Source: Marsupella aquatica | Taxonomy: Eukaryota > Plantae > Marchantiophyta | Direction: 5' to 3' | DNA: 64,000 nucleotides | Assembly (NCBI GenBank): GCA_973895155.1 | Contig: OZ316892.1 | Location: 5,674,476 to 5,738,475 of the forward strand | Shown: positions 26,811-38,830 of the stretch, piece by piece | How the letters are laid out: the number at the start of each line of letters is the position of its first letter | Numbering within the stretch: position 1 is the stretch's first letter | Program-made: the position numbers and the translations under genes | The notes under the pieces: model-generated | What the model was told of the DNA's origin: nothing | Databases searched by the model: none | Seen by the model: only the letters and a program-made list of their open reading frames with translations

Positions 26811-26947
26811 CTTGGCGACTGTTTTACATAGCTAGACCAGACCCGTTGAGTCAGTGCCGAGTAGCCTCTCCGGTTGGCTCTTGGCGACTGTTTACATAGT
26901 TAGACCAGACCCGTTGATTCAGTGCCGAGTCGCCTCTCCGTTTGGCT
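26811..26947. repeat. ~69-bp tandem duplication, slightly diverged
   Basis: CTTGGCGACTGTTT(T)ACATAG...CCTCTCCG(G/T)TTGGCT occurs twice. Confidence 0.9.
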
Positions 26948-27644
26948 TTCTATTGGTAACAACTTTCTATGTAGAACCGGGTGTAGACCAGAATTTGCCG
27001 AGAAGCAGTGACGTCGGGGGGATCTTGCCTGAGGATGAATTCCCCTTAGCAGAATACCAACTGATTCGAGGAAAGTTTTTACGATAATTATCAAATTTCT
27101 TACAATAGGTTGACTCAACAAACATACCTTCATACGTGACTGTAGCAGCCACAAGTCAAAGCTCTGCACTTTTTCCCTGTCATCCCGGTTATCCAGATCT
27201 TGGGACAAAAGTATGGCTGGTGACTCTGACTCAGACACATTCAGACTTCAGGTAACCTTCCTCTTCTATGAGTTTCAGTTTTACTGCAACATTGCAGTTG
27301 AGTACTTCATTGCTCAGAGATCAAACCAGTGCAGTCATAGCCATGTCAATCATTTCACCATCTCTTCTTGTCTCCTCAATAAGAGCCACGGTTTTGAAAG
27401 CGGACAACACGTGCTCGGTTCCAGAAATTACAACGCGAAGATTAGAGAATTCAGGGCCATTGCACGCATTGCCGCTGGACACTATTGAAAAATGAAAATG
27501 ACGTTTTATGTACAAAATAATAGCCACAGGTAATGGAATTTAATGTCCAGGAATTCTTCTACTGAATTCCAGATACAATAATTTGCATGGATCCACAATT
27601 CTCCGGAGCATGAATATTTTTCCTTAGGCCAATGAGAATTTCAG

Positions 27645-30600
27645 TCAGTCTGTCCATTGGTAAGAGTTAATATTCCGCAATAGCAAGCCATCTTTCATGT
27701 TATGATCAGCAGTAGGCCAAGGAAATGATCCTTTGGGTTCAAAGAGCATTCCCTGCTTGACCCGCCCGAGATGTCTTGAAACAAGAACATGTTGCGAAGT
27801 GGAGGGAAGCCTTTCTGATTCATATTCAGCGAGAGCAGCACTGACATTCTCAGGGCCCCATTTTTTAAACGCCTTCCCAAGCACATATGCATCCACAATC
27901 GACATGTTGGTACTTCTAAGCCCGTGAGGACTGGTGGGATGGGCAGCTTCACCAACCAACACAACTCTTCCCCACGCCAGCTGCTTGAGGGGATCTCTAT
28001 CATATATCGCATTGAGAAAAGGCTTTAAAGTAAGCTTCATCACTTTCGCAAGCGCTGGCGTCCATGTACTATCTGCCGCATTATGCATTGCGTCAATGGT
28101 CTCCTTGTCAGCATGCTTTGTCACAGAATCACCCTGCATGACACAAAAGCTCTGGTCATTCCTGGTGGTATAACCTCAGAATCTCACGACAATTGCCTCT
28201 GAGGTATGCCTCTCTCAAAATGTGGGCCACCTAGGGTGTGAAATTGATAGGATCTGGAATGTGAGATCCGTACACAAGTTATGATATCATTCTTTTGCAA
28301 CCAAAGTTTTGCAAGAAAAGCGGAAACAAGGATTCAACAACTTTTTGGTCAAAACTATATTCAGGTTCAAGACCATCGGTGATTTGTACGATCCGTTGTT
28401 TGGGCACAAGACTGATAACATATCTCACCTTCAGCTCTGGTTCCTCCTGGTTGACATACCAAAGCCAGTTCAACCTTTGCCCTTTCAACTCGTACAGTAC
28501 TGAGTGGGAGCCGCGTGCTAACTCAAAGTACAAGGTTTCCCCAATGCCAGGGTACGCTTTCTTCACGTCATCGTAGACTTGTGGCTGGTCGGTACAGTCC
28601 AGAACTCCTCTCCAAGCACAATATCCAGAGTACCTGCAGGATTTACCTCTTGTCAATTTAGTTCAGACTGCACATCATCAGACCACAACAACTCAACATC
28701 TCTTGTTGGTTTCACGTCTGCCCCTCGGTCACACATTGGGGAAGCATTGGACTACCTCAGCTCTAGATTCAACTTGGGGAAAGTTTGAGCTTAGTCGTTC
28801 ATATTGCCGATCCGTGCCATGGCCCTATACATCTTCAAGGTGTCCATCTATTTCTTGTTTCTGGCTGTAAATTCCCTTCTTGTCAACCCTTCCCTATCCC
28901 AAAAGGACCGTTGCTTTCTTGCGACTAAAACGTCAGTTGCCACGGAACGTCTCAGGTCAAGAAGGCCAGGTGTGACTAGTTCAAATACTATGCTATAGGA
29001 CGACAAACCCCAGGGCTGGCGAACATGAACGGTGGTCAGCCTATAAGGTCGAAGGGAGGATTTTTTCAATTAAACTCCAGCCCATCGAAAATCGGAGTAC
29101 TGACAATATCTCAATCCTAGAGACTAAATCATGGATGACGTATCTCAACTTCTTCGTTAGGCTGTCAACCAAATGAAACTCAGTAATGAAACAAGCAATA
29201 CCACATGAAAACAATTCAGACGGCTAAAACAAAACGTTCAACAGACGTTTGGAAAAGGACTGAGAAGGTTCTCGGTAGTACCGTCTTTTCTCATTTGGTG
29301 AGTATAATATTCTCGTTCGTGACATAGAGCCGTCTGCTGCCACCACAAGGTCTCCATGTAATTCCTTCACAGTAGACACAGTAGACTTGTCTTCTCCTTC
29401 TGCTCGCACTACTACCGACACGGACACTGTTATTGATGAGTGGTCCTCATTCTCTTCTAAGGATGTGGCCTCATGCCCAAACCGTGCAATGCCAGATGGG
29501 AGGGAGTTGTATAGAATTCGGTGCAGGTCACTCCAATGCACGGCCTGGTGGCGAAATTCTTCGTCTCTGGAGAGAGTTGCACAAACCCTTCCCTCATTGT
29601 CTATGGCCCGGTTCTGCTCACATTCGAGTGAAGGGTTTTGCCCAAATCCGCAAAAGAACAGAGCACAAAAATCGTTGAAAAGAGGAAATTACCACTACCT
29701 AAGGAAATCAAATTCTGTCAAAAATATAAACCATCAGGAAATCTAAAATGGTCCAACGACAGGACTCAAAATATTTGAGTCCTAGAAAATACCTCCGTTA
29801 AGCATTGAGGGCTTCCTCATGCATAAGGCAATTTCATTCGTTTAGTTTTTAAATGTAGTTACCTTTTAATTTGTTAAGGATCCTTTGGAATCTGGAGTTG
29901 AGTATCGACCCTGATTCTTCAGGATTAAAAGACTGTCAGCCGAAAATAAGAACGACTGACCTATCTTAGAACTCGAAAGATTTCTTAGGTGGCTGACGTT
30001 GAGGACTGACTGGGCTTCTTCGCAGCACCGGAAGTGATCATCTACAGAAATTCTTACAAACCTCTGCCAATTTCCTCCGATGGCCAAAGCCAAGGACCGA
30101 CATAACCATATTAGAAAGAGGACATGCATTACCACAAATTGGAAGTCCCAAATGTTCAGGTGCTGCACGATTCAGACTGTACCAACTCGACATGGAGGAC
30201 AGGAAATGAGTCAACACAACCCCCAAGATATACGATATGTATACTTATGTAAAGCCTACGATTCCACTCGATCCAATCAACAGGCTGGCTAGGGATGTGG
30301 TCTCGAAAGTGCGGAACACTTGGATAAGTTTCACGAGGAGAGGGCTCGACCTGACCGACCCTTTTACGACGTGACAGCTGGTGGTCCAAAAGAGAATTTG
30401 AGAAAGGAGTCAGTTGTGCGATCCTAGAAGAATGGAGATCCTCCGCACCCTATTTAAGATTAAAAAGACTATACAGATTCTCGTCAAGACTTCTGCAACT
30501 TGATTTCGTGGGATTGACGTTTCCCTTCAAGGGCTTGGCAAGAGCGTTCATCAATGCCCAAGCCAGCTCCAGCAGCAGATAGCGAGCTTGCTTTCTCCAG

Positions 30601-30774
30601 TACCACCACACTACTGCAGACACCAGAGTTGAGGAATGCACGCGCGCAGCAGAGTCCAGCTATACTCCCCCCGATAATAATCACCCTCAACTTCCCATCT
30701 CCTTTGAGCTTTTTCTCACTTCCGTCGGATCCTTCCCTCTCAGGTCCTGATCTCTGCTCGGTGTGATTCTCCAT
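27645..30774 (-). CDS. FAD-dependent aromatic monooxygenase (6-hydroxynicotinate / 2,6-dihydroxypyridine hydroxylase-like); exons ~30774-30520, 29613-29282, 28633-28429, 28133-27645; start could be 30888
   Basis: IIIGGSIAGLCCA, GAGLGID, HWSDLHRILY, DLVVAADGSMS, RYSGYCAWRG, NWLWY, GRVVLVGEAAHPTSPHGLRSTNMSIVDA. The exon 1-2 junction is unresolved. Confidence 0.85.
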
Positions 30775-32124
30775 GTCCCTGCTGCCAAAAGTTTGGAAAA
30801 GATATTGTTTGTCAAAATCACTTCTCACCTCCTCCTCCATCCAACCATCAATCATATTTTCCACCAATATATCAATAACATTCTCCATTCTGACAACATG
30901 AATGACAAACGAAGAACACGGAATCTTTCTTGCGCAAAATAGGGCTGATTTTATGAGAGCAAACTACTGATTTGGGATGCTGGCTCAAGATTTGGATTGC
31001 ATGCGTAACAGAGCTGCAGTTTTACTTCGTGGTGCAATCTTCTCTACAGCAACAATTGAAGATCTACGAGCAACTTTCACTGACATAACACTGAAAATTG
31101 TGACCGATTTTCGAAAGATTGAAATTCGATTATTTGACCAATTCGTTTAAGTCGATCGTAGAGAGGATCATCTTACTTGTTCCGCGAAGTAGACGAGAAG
31201 TAGATGAGAAGTAGACGATGCACGCTGTTGGGACTCAAATTCTCTCACCCTGACATTAGCGAAATTCGAATGACCCAATAACTCAATCATGCAGACGCAA
31301 ACCTCCCAGTACTGTTGCTCGTCGGTCATAGGAGGGGCAGTAGGAGCCTGCCCCTCTCATAGGACGCTGTCTGGTGGTGCTGAAATCTTTGTTACTTTCC
31401 AAGTGTCACCTCCTTTTGGGCTTGATCTCTACACGTTACACGTGGGATCCACGGATATTTTATTTCTCCTGTTGCTAATTCGTGGAGTCCACACATATTT
31501 TATTTCCCCCTTTGCCTCGTAGCCATGCTCAGCACACAGGATCGCAGTGTCAAGCCCAGCGTGCAATAGGGATATATATCGCAGAGGATTGGGTTTGATA
31601 TTGTCCTGCAAAGGGGCCAACTCGCATGTCGAGATCTTTCAGTTTAATAATATTAAAGCTAACTGGCATGTAGCAGCCTTTAGTTTACTAGCCTGCAGCA
31701 CTCCCAACTATATGTGTAACATAGGTGGCGACTGAGAGCAGTATCTTTTGCCCTGCAGAGGTAGGGCTTTTGTTTTATCATGAAGTTTGAGGTTGGGATG
31801 GCAAGGGTCAGGAAGTTTCTTAATTTTTCACCGGGCATGGGAGGGTGTTCAGGCAGCTTTCCCTTGCTCACTTATTTGCATTTCCCTTGCTCACTTATTT
31901 GCTGCCATGAGTAAGGTAGAGGGCCAAAAATGGTAGGCAGCTCACATGGGAGTTGGCTCTTATGAAAATTGCCCAGAGGTGCTTGTGCTTTCCTTTCTGT
32001 AAAATTTGCACATTGCTACCAAGTGAAATGATCTGCCAATGATAGTAACAAGGAAGTTTTTAGAACACTTCAATTTATTTGCCAAAATCAATGGTCTAGA
32101 TATGACTGTATACAGATCTAAAAG

Positions 32125-32350
32125 TTTTTTTTTTTGGATAAGCGAAAGACTCTCAGGGCACTAGTAGTGCCACCTGCCTAATATACAAAAGTAAATCCTG
32201 TTACCCACCATAGCCGCTGCCAGCCCCCTCACCAGGCAGTGGTGCACTTGGTATATTGGTTCCATGGGCATGTACTCCTTGTTCCACCCCAACCGCCTCC
32301 CAGAGTGCGTCAATAGAGGGTTGTTTGCTTTACTTCAGTCCCTACAGGCA
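32125..32350 (-). mobile_element. Possible poly(A)-tailed LINE/SINE 3' end
   Basis: T-run followed by GGATAAG (CTTATCC-polyA on minus); no coding support. Confidence 0.25.
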
Positions 32351-33668
32351 GTGTCAATAGTGGTCCCCCTTTTCTTAATATTGATCATGCAAAATGATAT
32401 CTATGTTAGTCCCAGAGTGATAAAAACAAAGGCACGTGTTTGTTACTTCAATGAAACAAATTAATCAATTGACCAATTAAGATGTGTGATCATGTCCACT
32501 TCCATCATGACCACTTCATTGACGTATCAGGATAGAAAAGTGGGGAAGTAAGGCCTACGTACAGTGAATTGAGTATAGTATATAAGAAGGCATGAACTTG
32601 ATTATACAGTTTGACAAGTACTAACCATCAAGACCTAAAATATGAGCTCACAATTTTTGCTCATCCATCTTGGATATTGAGCTCATTAATTGACATTCTT
32701 GAAAGCCAAATAACCACAGTAACAATTCCGTAAGACAAAAAGCCAATCTGCTTGTGGGGATTGTAGACAGAGTATTGAAACAAAAAAAATTCCCAAAAGA
32801 AACTTATCTGTATATTTATGCTTCTTTTGATGAGTTGTTCTTAAGAGAGTTTTCAACAGTTTTCCTTGTTCATGCAAATTGCAAACCTCCAAAACGCGTT
32901 GTGCTGTTTTTCTGCCCTGTTCTAACTCCGCTACACTATCAATAGTAGTCAGATAATTGGAGAAACCACAACATATGAAGTATTCATTAACTGACCTGAG
33001 TTAAGAAATGCAGGTTACAGTTTCAAAGACGATCAAAACCATTTGGTGATTTGTTTTTTTGTCAAAATAAAGACTCATCTATAGAAGCATAATTTTTGTT
33101 CTGGGCCTCTTTTTCCATTGTGACTCTTTTTGGAAAATTGAAGCAAAAGTCATTCCGGTGAGCATGATTTGCAGACACGTTCAAGCGTTTAACTTTTGCA
33201 TTTTAAAATCAGAGACTTGGCCTGAACTCTCAGTGCTAGCCATAGCCATCCAAAAATGCATTGGTAAAAGCAACAACTAAATTACAATGTAACCCCACTG
33301 TAGTAGGGTTACCCTATTATTTTTTAACTACAGTAGTTCAAGACGGAATACTTTAGTACCAAGAATTTGGGTGATCATGACCTCTACACTTTTTCAGATC
33401 CATTGATAGTAGAGCCCATTGGATGGAGCCACCGTGTGGCTCCATTAAATATAAAGCAAGTAAAGTTTGGGTGTTAACGGGGATGGTGTATCTGAGAGAA
33501 ATGTCACGGTTGGAACTTGGAAGTTTGTTTAGGTTGACTATGTGCAGATCATGTTGAGGAAAGTCATGTTTGGGGGAGATTGTTACCTGTTTCATTTAAA
33601 TATTTGTTTTATTTAATATCTGGGGGACGACGGGAGCACGTTGTTGCTACTCACAAGTGCATGCAGGG

Positions 33669-33900
33669 ATGCAGTGGATAGAAAGGGCTTCAAATACTAT
33701 TGGCTACTCGGGCATCAATATCCATGGGGATGCAGTGGAAAGAGGAGGCTCCATACTCTACTGGCTATGGCTATTCAGGCATGCATTGGAGAGAAGAGTC
33801 TCCATAAACTACTGGCTATGGCTATTCAGGCATGCAGTGGAGAGAAGAGTCTCCTTACATACTGGCTATGGCTATTCAGGCATGCACTGGATAGTAGAGG
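33669..33900. repeat. ~50-bp minisatellite, about 4.5 copies
   Basis: Unit CATGCAGTGGAGAGAAGAGTCTCC...TACTGGCTATGGCTATTCAGG. Confidence 0.9.
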
Positions 33901-34894
33901 ATGCACATACTCCAAAGATTATGTTCAAAAATCTTTGCCAATGGTACTGGTCAGACCAAGCATATCTGACTGCAAAAGAACAAGCAGCCACTAGGGAGAC
34001 CTGATCCCAAACACAAGAGACCCAAAACAGAGGAGAAAACAAGGGAAAACCCCATAAGACCAAGAGCGGAAAAGCCCAAGAGTCCTCAACAATGGCAAAT
34101 AAACCAAGCCTTACCAAGAACCAAACTAAAAAGCCTGTTCCAAGTTATGGAGTAACAACACAGGAGGGTCACAACGAGTAATTTGACTAGGGGCCTTAAA
34201 CCACCACTGGCCATATAAAAGGAGGAGTGTCCAAAACTTCTCACTTTTTCATATTCTCTCCTCTACCCTCAGACTTTCCTCCACAATTTTGCAAAAAAAG
34301 TACTAAAAATGGTAAAATTTATGTAACCAGATTTTTGTCTTGGCTAGTGGCTGTTTAAACCAAACCACCTTGTTCAAACTCTCATTGAATGACAAAAAAA
34401 GGATTATATCATTAACCAAGACCTACCTCTGACTTGGAAAATTGCATGATAAAGGACCTAAATGTGAGGCACTGGCAAGGGCCCCAATGTCTTGTGGGTC
34501 CTTGTAAAACAGTCTTGCATTGTTCTTGATTGCATCAGCGACAAGCTATGAGTTCTTTGTTTACTATATATATCATGGTCCATCATCTTGGAACAAACTT
34601 CAGTTTTAGTCCTATAGTGATTTCATTCATGATTTTTTAGTGTCTTTGAAAGTACAATCTCAAATTCAGTTATGAAATGATGTCTTCACTATTGTGACTT
34701 GAAAAAAATAGAAACTTAAGCCTGGATGGACCAAGGGGTTTGTTTTGCCCATCCTCCTGGACTGTGGAACATGTTGACTTACTTCACATCCAAATTTCAC
34801 ACTGACCAGTTGCTTTTGGAATGGCACTCCATTTCTTAGAAGGACATTTCAATTTTTTGAGGCGCTCCAACCAACTTAAAACTGGTGCTTTAGG

Positions 34895-37081
34895 GGAATA
34901 TACACATACTTTTTACAGAAAAAGGCCAAATAGAGTACAAAAGAATAAACAAGAGAGGTCCCAAGTGGACAAAACCAAACGCAAAAGAAGTGAGCAAAAG
35001 GAAACCCTAAAAACCAAGAAAGAGGAACTAAAAGAAGTGAGCAAAAGGAAACCCCTAAAAACCAAGAAAGAGGAACTAAAACTACCGCAAATGGACCGAG
35101 GTCCTCATCATACCTAGCAAATGTGGCAACAAGCTAGTGGTCTACATCAAGTGTCGAAACTAGATCGGCAAGTGGGACAGGAATGTCCTCTAGGGGGGCT
35201 AGCCGCTGCGGAGTCACACTAGCACCCACTGTCAGAGATCGACGATAGACGGCCCGAGCTTGAGCACGCTGTAAGGTGACTGAAATGCGTTGGCGAAAGT
35301 GCGTGTCAAAACAGATAGCGGGGGCCCGATGGGACCCATCCGGCCATGAACATCCCGAGCAGCTTGGCGAAGAAGCCCGTCGAACCGATGATGGAGACGC
35401 CCAAATATCTCAAGAGCAAGGGGCAGGAAGCTATCAGATGAAGCTCGTGCAGCATATTTGGCCTCCTTCGTTGTTGCTGCTCGTGATGCTGCTGCCCCTG
35501 CCGTTGTTGCCGCTGTCCCAATGATGTCTTGGCTCAATGGGTTTGCCACCACTACATCGGCCAAAGTACGGTGACCTTCACGGACCATGGTAAGATCCAC
35601 CCGTAACCGCTGTGATGGAGGACCAGGTAACTCGAGCACCACCTCCCGCCGCGCGCAGACCAAAGAGCCAGAGAGAACCTGAGCAGTCGCATCTCTCACA
35701 GCGTCGTGAACAAAAATGGTTTCGCCGCCCAAACTGCATCGAAGAAGATGGACACCTGTGGCATCACAAGGCTTCCCACAAGTGCAAGTAGGAGGTAAAC
35801 CAGCAAGAAGTGGGTGGGGCAAGCCCATACGAAGACGCATGGCTGTCGCAAACTCCGCTGAAGACATCCGCAGGTGAGGAATGACTGGATTGGCCTGAAG
35901 CCAGCCTCCTGCGCCCTTCCCTCTGGAAGAAAGAATCCGAGCTCGGTCCGTGTCAGGTGCCTCGGTGAGGATGCTGGAAAGGGTGAAAGCGTGCATACGC
36001 CCAACAAGGTCTGCCTGAAGACGGACGGGGTCCAAGGATAAAAACTCCTGGAATGAAGGTAACGCAGCTCGGACAGGATTGGGTAATGATGACCGCGCCA
36101 TGCGCAAATGAACCTGAAATGGGAGGGAACCCTCCTTGACCTCCATGAGAGACGAAAGTAAAAAAGGTCGATCCTCAGTAAGGAAACGATCTGCCAACAA
36201 TGAGAAGGCGGCCGCCCACGCGCCCAAGAAGGCCAAAGGTGCAAGGCGCTCAGTGGAAGTAAGCCCAAAACCACCGTGAGAAATAGGAAGACTGAGCTGT
36301 CGATGAAGCCACGGAGATGAGAGCAAAGTACCTGGCCCTAAAAGAGAGGCCAAAGTCTCACGAATGGAGACATCAAACGCTCGGAGGTGTAGATAAAGAT
36401 CCTCGGTAGGGGGATGCGTCCAAGCCAAATAGGACGCACGAGGGTGGATGTATCTCAACAACAACCCAAATGCTGCCTGAGAGTCTGCTAACTTAGGGAG
36501 CATAGGAGTAGGGGCTAAGGCAGCCTGGAGAGCGTCAGCAATGAAAGATGAGCAAAAGGAGGCGGTACCGACTGGAGAGCCAAGGACCCGAAGACCATCG
36601 GCTGGACGTAAGAACCCAGGGGGAAGCGCAAGATCAGAGGGTAACCCAGTTGGACTCCATGCACGACTCTTCACCGGCTGAACTCGTAAACCGAGGCCCA
36701 ACAAATGGGTGGAAAGGGTGGCGAGGGCAGAAGTAACAGCAACAGGTGGACCAATGATGTGGGTGTCATCTGAAAGGGAGGGGAAGATACACTGGGGGTG
36801 GGCCGCGGAGGCTTCCCGTAAAGCAGTAAAATGGGCAATGGCAAAAAGAGGCCCACCCAAAGGGTCACCCTGACGTGTACCTTCTGCAGAAGAAAGAGTG
36901 GTATACACTCCTGTAGAGGTGTGATGACTATAGAAGAGGGGGGCCTCGAACCCATAAAAACAATGGACAAAGGGGATAAGGGACTGGATGTCTGGATCCG
37001 CTGCCCTCAAAGCACGAAAAATTGCTGCCCGAGAAACCGTATTGAAAGCATTGGAGACATCAACCTGGAGGACAAACCTGG
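34895..37081 (-). mobile_element. 5'-truncated RLE-type (CRE-like) non-LTR retrotransposon, copy A; RT C-half, CCHC knuckle and restriction-like endonuclease; frameshift ~35305
   Basis: QVDVSNAFNTVSR, GTRQGDPLGGPLF, LSDD, GLRVLGSPVG, HGGFGL, CTCGKPCDATGVHLLRC, HDAVRD, RVDL, ADVVVANP, KEAKY, FLPLALE. Near-perfect 12-bp TSD TGGTGCTTTAGG (34883-34894) / TGGTGCTTTTGG (37082-37093). Confidence 0.9.
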
Positions 37082-37976
37082 TGGTGCTTTTGGCAAACTT
37101 GTGCATCTAATGTTTTGCAGACTTGTGCATTTATTTGGACAACTTTTGGATCTTATGTTTCCAGCATAATCTCAAGTGTCCAACCTACTGTATTACCTAA
37201 CAAAGTTTGAGATTTTTCTGAGATTAGCCCCATTGCCAATGAATGCGGAGATATTCAAACATTATAAACCACCTGCAAATGGAAATTTCACTTTTGTGAA
37301 GGACACCCTGAGGAGTTTGTACGTGACCAGTAATTTGGGCATGAGCAACGACTTACAAGTTTGGGGAAGGATGCTTTAATTTTTTGAAGGACTCTTTGAG
37401 TAGTTTGTGCATGAGCAACAACTTACGACTGCATTAACTAATGGAAATTGGCTGCAAATGATAAGGAGCCCATTTACAGGTCGTATTTCAATCCAAACTG
37501 TAAAGAGTGCTATCCAAGCATTTTTTGATGTTCTGAGTCAGTCTTGTCTTTGTGCTGCTTCCTGTGCTCTCCTTCTCGGGAAGGCAGGTGAACACTTTAG
37601 GAACCACATGCAATCTGACATGTTTATTTTTATGAAATTTAGCTAATTTTAAAAAAGCAGAGGATGTGAAAGAACTTTAAAAAATGTTTTTAAATAACAA
37701 GTTCTCTAATATATTTTTTCTAAAACAAATAACACATTAGTATTGAGAAAAATATATCCTAGAATATTCTTTTGCAAATTATGAGTTTTCATATGAGGCT
37801 AGTATCACAGATGTTATTGAAAATATAAATAAGTTAACGCCCCAATCCTTCATATCCAATGGAATGTGCTCTTCTTGGTATATTACATGCAGCTTGGAAA
37901 GATCTTTCTATCCAGCCAAATATCTTTATTACCCAATTTATACTACTCCACTAGCCCAATGCCCGTGCATTGCACA

Positions 37977-38830
37977 GAAGATGTCGAGGTGAGAAAAAGA
38001 TATCAAGGTGAGAAAAAGATGTTGAGATGAGAAAAAGATGTCAAGGTCAGAAAAAGATATCAAGGTGAGAAAAAGGTGTGAGGAGTGAAAAATATTTTGA
38101 GGTGAGAAAAAGATATCAAGGTGAGAAAAAGATGTCAAGGAGAAAAAAAGTTGTTGAGGTGAGAAAATTATTTTGAGGTGAGAAAAATATGTCAAGCTAA
38201 GACAAAGATGTTGAGGAGAGAAAAAGATTTTGAGGTGAGGAAAAGATGTTGAGGAAAGAAAAAGATGTCAAGGCAAGGCAAATATATTGATTGAGGTGAG
38301 AAAAGACAGGGAAAACGATGTTCAAGCGAGAAAAAATGTTAAGGCCAAAAAGAGATGCCAAAGGAGGGCAAAGACATTGAGTAAAAAAAAGATGTTGAGG
38401 CAAACAAAATATTGAGGCAAACAAAGATGTTGAGGCAAGAAAAGATGTCAAGATACAAAAAGATGTTGAGGCAAGGCAAAGAAGTCAAGGTGAAGCAAGA
38501 AAATATAGGTATAGGCTTTGCAAGGTATACATTGAGGCATGTGATGTGTCATTGCAGCCATGTCAAGGCAAGGCAAAATTGTTGAGGTGAGACAAAGATG
38601 TTGAGGCAAGACAAAATTGTTGAAGCAAGTTTAGACTGATGTTGAAGTGAGGCAAAGATGTTGTTGTGAGGCAAAAATGTTGAGGTGAGACAAAGAAATG
38701 TCATCCGCCAAAAAAATGTAGACAATGCAAAGAAATGCAAGTAGGACAAGAAAGTTGTTTAAACATCTCAAATGTTATTGGGACCATGTTGTCATTGTTG
38801 TGATAGCTATGTTGTTGAGGAGAGCAAGGA
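37977..38830. repeat. Degenerate 19-20 bp tandem array (GATGTTGAGGTGAGAAAAA)n
   Basis: Dozens of copies drifting to a GAGGCAAG variant; probably a DNA-transposon subterminal array (inference). Confidence 0.85.

Noticed and set aside
33669-33900. CRISPR-like repeat-spacer appearance
   Set aside because: Intervening segments are homologous to each other, the context is eukaryotic and there are no cas genes; it is a minisatellite.
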